A stretch of DNA of 64,000 bases from Eledone cirrhosa (GCA_964016885.1 OZ024766.1:9486001-9550000), one strand, 5' to 3'. Positions 47,203 to 58,980 are shown, counted from the stretch's first letter. Notes: a model not told the origin generated them from the letters alone. Translations and numbers: made by a program.

Positions 47203-47758
47203 ATCATCATTTCATTTTATGTCCGCTTCTTCCCTGCTTGCAAGGGTGGGACGGCAACTGATTCTGGCTTGATTTCTACAGCTGGATGCCCTTCCTAACA
47301 CCAACCTCATTTACAGTGAGTGCTGGGTGCTTTTTTGCCGTGGCACCTCCACGACCACTTTACAGTGAGTGTTGGGGGCTTTTTTGCCGTGGCACCTACA
47401 CGTCCACTTTACAGTGAGTGCTGGGGGCTTTTTTGCCGTGGCACCTCCACGACCACTTTACAGTGTGGGCTGGGCGCTTTCTTTGCCGTGGCACCTCCAT
47501 GACCACTTTACAGTGTGGGCTGGGTGCTTTTCTGCTGTGGCACCTCCACGACCACTTTACAGTGTGGGCTGGGTGCTTTTTTTGCAGTGGAATGATAGGG
47601 ACCCCAGTCCCTATCATCTCATTTCTACAGCTGAGTAAACTGGAGCAATGTGAAATAAAGTGTCTTGCTCAAGGACACAACACATCACCCGGTCTGAGAA
47701 TTGAACTCACAACCTTTTGATTGCAAGGCCAATGCTCTAACCACTAAGCCATGTGCCT
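47203..47758 (-). mobile_element. CORE-type SINE
   Basis: Full-length reverse copy with internal repeats. An older diverged head lies at about 46970-47075. Confidence 0.88.
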
Positions 47759-47930
47759 CTATCTATATTTATATATATAGAGATTTTGAGTATATGTTGG
47801 TTGTATACCAACACCTCAGTATGCAGGCTGGAGCACTTGACGAAGTGCACAGGTTGGTTTGGTTACTCCGGAGTAATGTAAAATAAAGTTAAATAAAAAG
47901 TCAAATGTTCAAAACCAAGCCTCGTTTATT

Positions 47931-47985
47931 ACTGCTATATATATTTCAGTGACAGCCATCTTTAGCTGTGACCTCTTCAGGCAGT
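47931..47985 (-). ncRNA. Minimal type I hammerhead ribozyme (family B)
   Basis: Reverse complement reads ACTGC-CTGAAGA-GGTcACAGCT..GGCTGTcACT-GAA-ATATATAT-A-GCAGT. Stem II differs from the 50905/51896 copies yet still pairs. Confidence 0.75.
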
Positions 47986-48471
47986 CCGAATTAGTGTGGT
48001 ATAGACAAGTCCATATGGTGTTGAGGTGTATAATATTGTCAATACTCTGATATGCCCAGTTCCTGGTTGGGTTGTTACTTCACTGAGGAACTGTGTATAT
48101 ACATACACACACACACACACACACATATACCTGTATGTCTGTGTATAGTATATATAGAGAAAGAAAGTTATATCGAGTTTCAAGCGTGAGTGTATTAGAA
48201 CTTATAAAATAATGGGAGGAACTCAATGCATGTATTTCGCCGTTAAATGAGGCGTTTTACGTGGTACTTTTAATTAAATCTTCAAAACCACAGGTGGTCT
48301 AAAAGCTGATGAAGGTATTTAAATGTTTTTATGATTTTCTCTCATCCATTTTCTTCCTAACACACTAGCCACTGATTTCTATCCTTTGAGGTAAATTTTG
48401 ACGGCATTTTGCTGTTTAAACAGCTTCTTTGCATTGAGGTCTTCCCATTATTCTCCGAATATATATATATA

Positions 48472-48940
48472 TATGAGGGTCACTTGAAAAGTTGATATTC
48501 TGACTAAGATACTCTCATGGAATGACCAAATGAGGTTTATTTTTTAACAGTCCCTGGAAAGAAACAATGCAGTTATTTATAAGAAAAGTTGAAATGAATG
48601 CATGGAAGATTTCACAGCTTTAGCATGACTCCTTCATAGTCTGACCAAGATACTCTCATGGAATGACTAAATGAGGTTTATTTTTCAACATTGTCCTTGG
48701 AAAGAAACAATGTAGTTATTAATAAGATTAAGCAAGATTTCACAGCTTTAGCATCACTCCATTATAGTCTGACCAAGATACTCTCATGGAATGACCAAAT
48801 GAGGTTTATTTTTCAACATTGTCCTTGGAAAGAAAGAATGCAGTTATTAATAAGAACAGTTGAAATTAATGCATGGAAGATTTCACAGCACTAGCATCAC
48901 TTCTTCATAGTCAGCCTATGAACTTTCAGCCCAAACGTAT
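48472..48940. mobile_element. Tc1/mariner-like MITE with internal triplication
   Basis: TA-TGAGGGTCACTTGAAAAGTT start and AACTTTCAGCCCAAACG-TA end resemble degenerate mariner TIRs; GACCAAGATACTCTCATGGAATGACC occurs 3 times. Confidence 0.5.
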
Positions 48941-49326
48941 GTGTTTTGTATATATATATATAATAATAATAATAATGAAAATATGTGTGTGTGTTTGGAA
49001 TTAAATATGCATATGTGTAAAATATATATATGTATGTGTATAAATAATTATGCGTGTGTTGATGTATATATATATATATATATGTGTGTATATAAGTATA
49101 TTAATTTCATTAAAGAGGCCGGACTGGTAATATTCCTTCAAAAGTTTTATTGCAAAAAAACACTATATATATTTCAATGGCCTGGTTACATAAGACCCTG
49201 GCAACATCATCAGGTGTGTGTTGCAGGATTAGTTAAATAAAGGAATTACAGAAAATAATTATATATATGCGTGTGTGTGTATATGCATTTTTATATATAT
49301 ATATATATATTTGTAAATTATATATA

Positions 49327-49662
49327 TCATCATCATCATTTTACGTCCACTTGTCCCTGCTTGCAAGGGTGGGACGGGAACTGATTCTGGCTTGATTTCT
49401 ACAGCTGGATGCCCTTCCTAACACCAACCTCATTTACAGTGAGTGCTGGGTGCTTTCTTGCCGTGGCACCTCCACGACCACTTTGCAGTGGAATGATAGG
49501 GACCCCAGTCCCTATCATCTCATTTCTACAGCTGAGTAAACTGGAGCAATGTGAAATAAAGTGTCTTGCTCAAGGAAACAACACATCACCCAGTCTGAGA
49601 ATTGAACTCACAACCTTTCGATTGCAAGCCCAATGCTCTAACCACTAAGCCATGTGCCTCCA
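49327..49662 (-). mobile_element. CORE-type SINE (unexpanded, about 335 bp)
   Basis: Head, core, single internal unit and RTE-1 tail. Similar copies at 61186-61526 (-) and 63766-64000 (+); headless copies at 43775-44010 and 56222-56482. Confidence 0.88.
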
Positions 49663-49770
49663 TTATATATATATATATATATGTGTGTGTGTATGTATAT
49701 ATATGTATGTATATACATATATGATTGTAAATATGTATATAGTTATGTAATAAACAACATAAGATAATTA

Positions 49771-49832
49771 ATTCATTTACCAGTGGTTTCTTGAAGACAT
49801 ATTTATATCTGTCTTCAGTCGTCAGAAAGAAT
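49771..49832 (-). ncRNA. Hammerhead ribozyme motif (family C)
   Basis: Reverse complement reads ATTCTTT-CTGACGA-cTGAAGACA..TGTCTTCAa-GAA-ACCAcTGGT-A-AATGAAT. Stem II covaries with the 55626 copy. Confidence 0.65.
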
Positions 49833-50719
49833 AACATGGAATGTTTATTAAATATGGATTTGAAAACAAAATTTAGGAAATATTTCCTAAATTTTGTTTA
49901 AATGAATTAATTATCTCATGTTGTTTATTACATAACTGAAAAGCTCTGTAGCATACATAGAGCACTCTCTTTTCCCTTACCTTTCCTACGGAAATACTTC
50001 ATTTATATATATATATATATATATTCTAGGCATGAAGATACACCAGTGACTCAAAATAAAATAAAATAAAATAAAATATATATCAATCTACATTTTTATT
50101 GCGTTATTTTTAATATAATGTCTACCATATTCCGACATTAGTGTGTGTATATATATATATAACCAAAGATTAATATGGTTCGTTGATTACTCAATGAATA
50201 TGATATTACAATAGATTAGAAGCACTCAACAGTGGGTTTTCCTGGAGTGTTTAATATTATTCAAAATGTTAATAAATGAAAAATATTCTCATCATCAAAA
50301 TATATATTTTATACATATTTAATAATAATAATGAAATTATTGTGTAAAGTGCTCAGGTGCACTACAACTTGTCAAAGGTGTATGTATAGTACATAGAATA
50401 ATTGTTTCTACTTTAGGCACAAGGCCAGCAAAATACCCAGTACATTACTGGTACTTTATTTTATCGACCCCGTAAGGATGAAAGGCAAAGTTAACCTCGG
50501 CGGAATTTGAACTCAGATCATAAAGGGTCGTAACTATGCTAGAAAGCATGGCGTCCAACTCTCTACCGATACTGCCAATAGAATAATACACAAATGTCAG
50601 GGAAGTACACGTGTGTATGTGTTAGCTGTAGTGTTGGCGGATCTCGGGAAGCATGGAGGCCTTAAAGGATGCAGTGTCTTGACAGCTATATTTCAAATAT
50701 ATGATTTGATCAAATCATA

Positions 50720-50782
50720 TATTTTGTCTGATGAAAACGTACTTAAACACCATTGTACCTTTGAAATATGTATAATAAAATA
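50720..50782 (+). ncRNA. Hammerhead ribozyme motif (family A, degenerate)
   Basis: TATTTTGT-CTGATGA-AAAcGTAC..GTACcTTT-GAA-ATATGTAT-A-ATAAAATA. Confidence 0.55.
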
Positions 50783-50904
50783 TATGTTTTGATTATGTGA
50801 ATATTTTTCATTTATTAACATTTTGAATAATATATATATATGTCCAAAGGCTCTGATAGCATCAACACTATACACACAGAGCTGGCATAGCTAAGAACTG
50901 ACTA

Positions 50905-50960
50905 ACTGCCTGATGAGGTCATAGCCATTCAATGGCTATCATTGAAATATATATAGCAGT
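50905..50960 (+). ncRNA. Minimal type I hammerhead ribozyme (family B)
   Basis: Same as the 51896 copy but with a G-U pair at 10.1/11.1. Predicted cleavage 50955/50956. Confidence 0.78.
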
Positions 50961-51710
50961 AAATAAAGGATTATGAGTTCATGCAATTGACTTACGTTTC
51001 GTCACTATATATATATATATATATCATCATCATCGATTAACGTCCATCTTCCAATATATAAATATATGTGTGTGCCTGTATGAGCATCCAGTCCACATTT
51101 AAATGTGTTTGGCACTAGAAAGAGCATGCAGCTGTAGAAATCAAGCCAGAATCAGTTGTGTATGAACAAGATATGGTCACCTGACATGGTATTACTCATA
51201 ATAGGACAACCCGTCTAACCCATGCTAGCGTTGAACTATGATAAAATTGAAAGAAAAGCAGAAAGAAGGTTAGCTACTATTTCTAGCATGTTACAAGGCA
51301 GCCTACCCTGCCGCTGAATTAAACATGGGAGAGAACTCTTGCATTGTTATAAAAAATATATATATATATATATATGTACATCCACTAATAATTGTTTCTA
51401 CTTTAGGCACAAGGCCAGCAAAAATACCCAGTGCATTACTGGTACTTTATTTTATCGACCCCGTAAGGATGAAAGGCAAAGTTAACTTCGACGGGATTTG
51501 AACTCAGACCGTAAAGGGACGTAACTATGCTAGAAAGCATGGCGGCCGACCCTCTACCGATACTGCCAATAGAATAATACACAAATGTCAGGGAAGTACA
51601 TGTGTGTATGTGTTAGCTGTAGTGTTGGCGGATCTCTGGAAGCATGTAGGCCTTAAAGGATGGAGTGTCTCGACAGCTATATTTCAAATATATGATTTGA
51701 TCAAATCATA

Positions 51711-51773
51711 TATTTTGTCTGATGAAAACGTACTTAAACACCATTGTACCTTTGAAATATGTATAATAAAATA
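51711..51773 (+). ncRNA. Hammerhead ribozyme motif (family A, degenerate)
   Basis: Duplicate of 50720-50782, 991 bp downstream. Confidence 0.55.
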
Positions 51774-51895
51774 TATGTTTTGATTATGTGAATATTTTTC
51801 ATTTATTAACATTTTGAATAATATATATATATGTCCAAAGGCTCTGATACCATCAACACTATACACACAGAGGTGGCATATCTAAGAACTGACTA

Positions 51896-51951
51896 ACTGC
51901 CTGATGAGGTCATAGCCATTCAATGGCTATCATCGAAATATATATAGCAGT
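51896..51951 (+). ncRNA. Minimal type I hammerhead ribozyme (family B, best copy)
   Basis: ACTGC-CTGATGA-GGTcATAGCCATTcAATGGCTATcATC-GAA-ATATATAT-A-GCAGT: full core, G10.1-C11.1 pair, palindromic stem III, stem I ACTGC/GCAGT. Predicted cleavage 51946/51947. Confidence 0.85.
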
Positions 51952-51992
51952 AAATAAAGGATTATGAGTTCATGCAATTGACTTACGTTTCG

Positions 51993-52027
<35 letters not shown>

Positions 52028-52657
52028 TCATCGATTAACGTCCATCTTCCAATATATAAATATATGTGTGTGTCTGTATGAGCATCCAGTCCACATTTAA
52101 ATGTGTTTGGCATTAGAAAGAGCATGCAGCTGTAGAAATCAAGCCAGAATCAGTTGTGTATGAACAAGATATGGTCACCTGACATGGTATTACTCATAAC
52201 AGGACAACCCGTCTAACCCATGCTAGCGTTGAACTATGATAAAATTGAAAGAAAAGCAGAAAGAAGTTTAGCTACTATTTCTAGCATGTTTACAAGGCAG
52301 CCTACCCTGTCGCTGAATTAAACATGGGAGAGAACTCTTGCATTGTTATATATAAAAAAAAAAAATATATATATATATATATATATGTACATCCACTAAT
52401 AATTGTTTCTACTTTTGGCACAAGGCCAGTAATTAGCCAGTGCATTACTGGTACTTTATTTTATCGACCCCGTGAGGATGAAAGGCAAAGTTAACCTCGA
52501 CAGGATTTGAACTCAGACCGTAAAGGGACGTAACTATGCTAGAAAGCATGGCGTCATTAATAATAGTATATATATATATATATACATACAATTATCAGTA
52601 GATGTACATATATATATATATATATAGAGAGAGAGATAGACACACACATATATGAAA

Positions 52658-52692
<35 letters not shown>

Positions 52693-52699
52693 CATGATT

Positions 52700-52742
<43 letters not shown>

Positions 52743-52789
52743 GCAAATATATATACATACATATATGTACAGTTAATAACCGCAGTGAA

Positions 52790-53038
52790 TATAGCGCGTA
52801 TTTTGATTGGATGAAATCCAGTTACACTAGTTCAATTTTATCCAATCAGATGTCTCAGATTTGACAATTGAGCGGTTCATTCAAACAGACAATACATCAA
52901 TATATCCAACATGTCGTCTGTTTGACTTCTTCTCTCTCTGTTGCTGTAAATCTGTTTTGTTGTTGCTGGATGGTCTAGTGGAGTTATATATATATATTTA
53001 TATATATATAGTGTATATATAGTTTGGTGTATATATAT

Positions 53039-53069
<31 letters not shown>

Positions 53070-53092
53070 GTTTCTTAAAGAAGTCAGTAAGT
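52790..53092 (+). promoter_or_regulatory. Candidate HAUS3 promoter / non-coding first exon
   Basis: Unique island with ATTGG (52806-52810), CCAAT (52842-52846), CHR-like TTCAAA (52880-52885), AACATGTCG (about 52908) and donor GTAAGT at 53087. HAUS3 coding exon 1 has an acceptor that needs an upstream exon. Confidence 0.35.
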
Positions 53093-53179
53093 ATACTACA
53101 TCGTTGATGTATATATATATATATATATATATACATGTTTACATATGTGTATATAAATTATCTTTCTCTCTTTCTGTCT

Positions 53180-53217
<38 letters not shown>

Positions 53218-53660
53218 CTATCTATCTCTATATATATATATATATTAACATTTTGAATAATATAGTGAGTGTGTTCTGTTATTAATTCTGGCAATATTAC
53301 ACAAATATGACCCTCCCCAAGTATAACAATATATATATATACATACATATATATTATATATATATATATATATATATTTATTAAAATAACAGATTCTTTA
53401 ATAAATATTTGCTCTACGGTTTTTATATATTTGATATATATTTATCCTTATCGAGCCCTCTTTGGATTTTAGTCTTCAATTTTATTATTATTACTATATA
53501 TATATATATATATATATTATTTAAAATGTTCACAAATGAAAAATATTCTCATAATCAAAATATATATTTTATTATATATATTTCAAAGGTACTGTGTTGT
53601 TTTTCCAGTACTGGAATTGAATAATCAAGACCGTAGCGGTATATGATATATCAAATCATA

Positions 53661-53720
53661 TATTTTGTCTGATGAGGACGTACTGGAAAAACAACAACAG
53701 TACCTTTGAAATATATGTAA
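53661..53720 (+). ncRNA. Hammerhead motif (family A) truncated at stem I 3' strand
   Basis: TATTTTGT-CTGATGA-GGAcGTACTG..CAGTACcTTT-GAA-ATATATGT-A, then unrelated LINE sequence. A partial inverted copy lies at about 53563-53612. Confidence 0.55.
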
Positions 53721-53721
53721 A

Positions 53722-54143
53722 CCATCTTGGTTGTCCAGAAGTGACGGCAAAAGACCTGACGGCCTTACCCTGTGTCCCTGGTCGAGAGGCAGGTGCCCTG
53801 TCTGGGACATCACTGTTAGTGACTCTTTTGTTCTTTCCCACATCCTGGATGCTGCGGTTAGGACGAGAGCCACAGCTTCTGCAGCCGAGCGGAGTAAGAC
53901 CCTCAAATACTCTGATCTGTCGGCAGCCAGCTACATTTTTCACCCTGTGGCTTTCGAGACATTTGGGGGAGTCGGGCCGCTGACTGCGAGGTTCCTTTCC
54001 TCACTGGCGGCTCGCCTAATAGAGGTGACTGGCGAATCTCGCGAGGGCGCTTGGCTGTTTCAGGGCATCAGCCTCGCCATCACCCGAGGTAACACTGCCA
54101 GTGTGCTGGCTTGCTTCAAAAATCATTAGAGAGGTTGCCCAGT
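53722..54143 (+). mobile_element. 5'-truncated RLE-type non-LTR retrotransposon (CRE-like) C-terminus
   Basis: DGKRPDGLTLCPW..WDITV..K..KY..FHPVAFETFG..ISLAITRGN: restriction-like endonuclease motifs typical of CRE-clade elements. Stop at 54129, then (TA)n. Confidence 0.8.
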
Positions 54144-54798
54144 TATATATATATATAGAGAGAGAGAATTTAGTATATCTACTAACATATGCGTACAGAT
54201 GTACGCTAATGCTAGCAAATACACAGGTTATGTCATAGTACCTAGGTGGTTCAATGCAGGAGGATGCAGAACAATAATATAAAAGACGTAAAATAAGAAA
54301 ATTAAAAAAAATTTTTTAAAGTAAGTTAATTTTAAAAAATTTTAGTAAGATAATTTAAAAAAATTTTTTTAAATTTTCTTATTTTACGTCTTTTATATAT
54401 ATATATATATATATATAATACATATATATATATATATATAACTGAACAAAAAAGAAAAACGAACACGGACATATACATATATGTGTTCAAATCGTAAGGG
54501 ACCAGACCAGATTCGCTAAGGTGTTTGTATTTACTTTCTTGATTTATTCTTAAATTGAGTCTGGCAAACCCTATTGTCTATAGTTAGTATTTCTTTCACC
54601 TTAGCAAATCTGGTCCCTTACGATTTGAATACATATACATATATATATGTATATATGTCTGTGTTCGTTTTTCTTTTTTGTTCAGTTATATATAATATAC
54701 GTCTCGAAAAAATTTCTTTCCTAGAGCTATTTTAATGTAAGAGACTATTTTGAGTTTCTAACTCAATATATGCCTTTGATATATATATATATATATAT

Positions 54799-55380
54799 AT
54801 GTGATGCCTGTGTGAGGAGCGCGATGCTGCATGGTAGTGAGACATGGGCAGCAACTGCAGAGGATATGCGACGGCTGGAGAGAAATGAGGCAAGCATGCT
54901 CCGTTGGATGTGCAATGTCAATGTGCGTGAACGACCCAGCATAAATGTGTTGAGAGAGAAACTGTGTCTGAGAGGGATAGAATGTAGTGTGCGCGAGAGG
55001 AGACTGAGGTGGTATGGACATGTGATGTGTTGAGAGAGAAACTGTGTCTGAGAGGGATAGAATGTAGTGTACGGGAGAGGAGACTGAGGTGGTATGGACA
55101 TGTGATGTGTTGAGAGAGAAACTGTGTCTGAGAGGGATAGAATGTAGTGTACGGGAGAGGAGACTGAGGTGGTATGGACATGTGATGCGCATGGAGGATG
55201 ACCGTGGTAGAGGTAGACCACGAAAAACATGGGTGGAGGTGGTGAGAACAGACCTCATATCATTGAAGCTCACGGTGGAGATGACGAAGGACCGTGACGA
55301 GTGGAGAGATGCCGTGCTGAATAAGACCCGTCCCACCCTTGCAAGCAGGGAAAAGCGGACGTAAAATGATGATGATGATG
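54799..55380 (+). mobile_element. RTE-like LINE 3' fragment (family 1) with 80-bp triplication
   Basis: DACVRSAMLHGSETW..; segment VLREKLCLRGIECSVRERRLRWYGHVM present 3 times; (TGA)n tail. Another short copy at 56630-56832. Confidence 0.9.
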
Positions 55381-55625
55381 TTGATATATATGTGTGTGTG
55401 TGTAAATGAAGTAATTCCGTCGGAAAGGTCCAGGAAAAAAGAGTGCTCTCTGTAGGTTACAGAGCTTAATAGTTATGTAATAAACAACATAAGGCAATTA
55501 TTTCATTTACCAGTGGTTTCTTGAAAGCAAACAAATTTTGCTTTCAATCATCAATAAAAAAAATCCTGGTGTATTTATTGACATTGGATTTTAAAATCCA
55601 ATGTCAATAAACACACCAGGATTTT

Positions 55626-55686
55626 TTTCATTCTGATGATTGAAAGCGAAATTTGTTTGCTTTCAAGAAACCACTGGTAAATGAAA
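55626..55686 (+). ncRNA. Minimal type I hammerhead ribozyme (family C)
   Basis: TTTCATT-CTGATGA-TTGAAAGCGAA..TTTGCTTTCAA-GAA-ACCAcTGGT-A-AATGAAA: three stems and full core. The U-A pair at 10.1/11.1 is atypical. Confidence 0.75.
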
Positions 55687-55708
55687 TAATTGCCTTATGT
55701 TTATTACA

Positions 55709-55746
<38 letters not shown>

Positions 55747-56875
55747 GTTGAAAAGGTAACAAAGAGCTCAGGATTTTTTCTCCTTTGAGCACATTATTTA
55801 CAGGGAATGGCGAGGCTCTATGGCTCCGTTAATTTATCGTGATATATATATATATATATATAACAAAAGAGTTGTGGTAAGGAACCAGATGGACCATAAC
55901 GCACCAGAGTACTCAATACTTAGGGTAGTGGAGTGGGTAATAGGAAAATGTATGACCCCGACAGCAGAGCTCAAGAGGCAAGTTCAGCCACCCCCACCTT
56001 CCAACCACTGCCATGATGGACTTAATTGTGTTTACAAGAAATTTTGACCAATCCTCTTGACAACTACAATCTTCCCATATAAGGAAGTACCCCTTGAAAA
56101 GTTCGGCTATTTATTTACCACGCTAAAAATTCTAATTTAGTCCAGAAATAGCCGTCGAAACGGCTTGAGCTCTGCCGTCGGGGTCATACATTTTCCTATA
56201 TATATATATATATGTATATATAGGTGATGTGTTGTTTCCTTGAGCAAGACACTTTATTTCAATTTGCTCCAGTTTACTCAGTTGTGGAAATGAGATGATA
56301 GGGACTGGGGTCCCTATCATTCCACTGCAAAGTGGTCGTGGAGGTGCCACGGCAAAAAAGCACCCAGCACTCACTGTAAATGAGGTTGGTGTTAGGAAGG
56401 GCATCCAGCTGTAGAAATCAAGCCAGAATCAGTTTCCATCCCACCCACGCAAGCAGGGACAAGCGGACTAAAAATGATGATTATAATGATATATATATAT
56501 ATATTGTTATACTTGGGGAGGTTCATATTGGTGTAATAATATTGCCAGAAATAATAACACACCACACTCAGTGTTTGGTTGGTTATCGCTTCTGTATCTT
56601 TTATATCTCCATAGTTAATTTATTTGGCAAAGTAGAAGGAAAACGTAGTAGAGGAAAACCACGAAAAACATGGGCAGAGGTGGTGAGGGCTGACCTCGGA
56701 TCACTGAAGCTCACAGAGGAGATGACGAAGGACCGTGACGAATGGAGAGATGCTGTGCTGAATAGGACCCGTCCCACCCTTGCAAGTAGGGGAAAGTGGA
56801 CGTAAAATGATGATGATGATGATGATGATGAGGATAACCAACGGTTAAAAATACAGATATAAATATATATAGTCT

Positions 56876-56917
56876 ATCAAAGTTCTTTCATCACACACCT
56901 GTAACATCATCAGTGGT
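56876..56917 (-). ncRNA. Hammerhead-like motif (family D, degenerate)
   Basis: Reverse complement reads CTGATGA-t-GTTACA..TGTGAT-GAA-AGAACT-T-TGAT; same layout as 5918-5960, weak stem I. Confidence 0.4.
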
Positions 56918-57729
56918 ACTATTACGTTCCCGCCCATGGTATTGTAATGTTTACGCCATGAAAAAATGGCGTATTGGTTTTGTTATTGTACTCCATTACT
57001 CAATCTTACTGTAAACCCCCCCCCCCTGACCCTGTCTTTGTATTGGCCCCTATATGTCAGCCCTTGTGGCCAATAAATGAAATCTTTATTATTATTATTT
57101 TAACTTTGCCTGTCATCCTCATATGGGGTCGATAAAATAAAGTACCAGTAATGTACTGGGGTAATTGCTGGCCTTGTGCCAAAAGTAGAAACAATTATTA
57201 TTATTATTATTATGAGTGGATTGGCAGTATCGGTAGAGGGTTGGACGCCATGCTTTCCAGCATAGAGTTACGTCCCTTTATGATCTGAGCTCAAATCCCG
57301 CCGAGGTTGATTTTGCCTTTCATCCTTACAGGGTCGATAAAATAAAGTACCAGTAATACACTGGGGTAATTGCTGGCCTTGTGCCTAAAGTAGAGACAAT
57401 TATTACGGGGTCGATAAAATAAAGTACCAGTAATACACTGGGGTAATTGCTGGCCTTGTGCCAAAAGTAGAAACAATTATTACAGGGTCGATAAAATAAA
57501 GTACCAGTAATACACTGGGGTAATTGCTGGCCTTGTGACTAAAGTAGAAACAATTATTACGGGGTCGATAAAATAAAGTACCAGTAATACACTGGGGTAA
57601 TTGCTGGCCTTGTGCCTAAAGTAGAAACAATTATTACGGGGTCGATAAAATAAAGTACCAGTAATACACTGGGGTATTTGCTGGACTTGTGCCTAAAGTA
57701 GAAACTATTATTATTATTACTTTTCAGAA

Positions 57730-57908
57730 ATGAGTGGAGATGCATTTATGAGCACCCTGCGCAAGTTGGAGTACCTTAAAGTAGACAAACTGAATGTCCA
57801 GTTTTTGGATCGACATTTTGCCAACCAGGAATCCACCCGAGCATTTGTCACATGGTTCTGCAAGACCCTTAATTCAAAACACCTCGTCAAATCCACAGAA
57901 CTGCAAAG
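57730..57908 (+). CDS. HAUS3: HAUS augmin-like complex subunit 3, coding exon 1
   Basis: MSGDAFMSTLRKLEYLKVDKLNVQFLDRHFANQESTRAFVTWFCKTLNSKHLVKSTELQ matches my recollection of the HAUS3 N-terminus (MS..F..TL.K..Y.K.D.LN...D..F......F..WFC...N...V....EL). Acceptor TTTTCAG at 57727 implies an upstream UTR exon. Phase-2 donor GT at 57909. Confidence 0.85.
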
Positions 57909-57949
57909 GTGTGTAAAATACTTTATTATTTGGAGCAAGGGAAATCGTG

Positions 57950-58980
57950 ATTTTATGTAAGAACCTGTGTTAAGTTATGTTCCAAACGCCCCTGGTTCTA
58001 TGATACAAAACTGTTTTAAAGTGTTTATATTTATCTAAAAACCTCCCAGCATAATTTTATGTAAGAACCTTTGTTAAGTTATGTTCCAAACACTCCTGGT
58101 TCTATGATACAAAACTGTTTTAAAGTGTTTATATTTATCTAAAAACCTTCCGAGATAATTTTATGTAAGAACCTTTGTTAAGTTATGTTCCAAACACCCC
58201 TGGTTCTATGATACAAAACTGTTTTAAAGTGTTTATATTTATCTAAAAACCTTCCGAGATAATTTTATGTAAGAACCTTTGTTAAGTTATGTTCCAAACA
58301 CTCTTGGTTCTATGACACAAAACTGTTTTAAAGTGTTTATATTTATCTAAAAACCTTCCATGATAATTTTATGTAAGAACCTTTGTTAAGTTATGTTCCA
58401 AATACATCTGGTTCTATGATACAAAACTGTTTTATAGTGTTTATATTTATCTAAAAACCTTCCGAGATAATTTTATGTAAGAACCTTTGTTAAGTTATGT
58501 TCCAAACACCTCTGGTTCTATGATACAAAACTGTTTTAAAGTGTTTATATTTATCTAAAAACCTTCCATGATAATTTTATGTAAGAACCTTTGTTAAGTT
58601 ATGTTCCAAACATCCCTGGTTCTATGATACAAAACTGTTTTAAAGTGTTTATATTTATCTAAAAACCTTCCGAGATAATTTTATGTAAGAACCTTTGTTA
58701 AGTTATGTTCCAAACACCCCTGGTTCTATGATACAAAACTGTTTTAAAGTGTTTATATTTATCTAAAAACCTTCCATCATAATTTTATGTAAGAACCTTT
58801 GTTAAGTTATGTTCCAAACACCCCCTGGTTCTATGATACAAAACTGTTTTAAAGTGTTTATATTTATCTAAAAACCTTCCAGCATAATTTTATCTAAGAA
58901 CCTTTGTTAAGTTATGTTCCAAACACCCCCTGGTTCTATGATACAAAACTGTTTTAAAGTGTTTATATTTATCTAAAAAG
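57950..58980. repeat. 104-bp tandem array (about 10 copies) filling HAUS3 intron 1
   Basis: ATTTTATGTAAGAACCTTTGTTAAG..AAAACCTTCC, period 104. Diverged monomers at about 59190, 60745 and 61530-61650. Confidence 0.95.

Larger units (their letters stand above)
50400..52555. repeat. Tandem duplication of about 991 bp (2 units plus a third SINE)
   Basis: 50400-51390 and 51390-52400 are near identical; each starts with a SINE-2 copy and holds two hammerhead motifs. Confidence 0.93.

Noticed and set aside
48306-48420. CTGATGA as another hammerhead
   Set aside because: No paired stem II followed by GAAA. Similar incomplete cases at about 19317, 23010-23047 and 24730.
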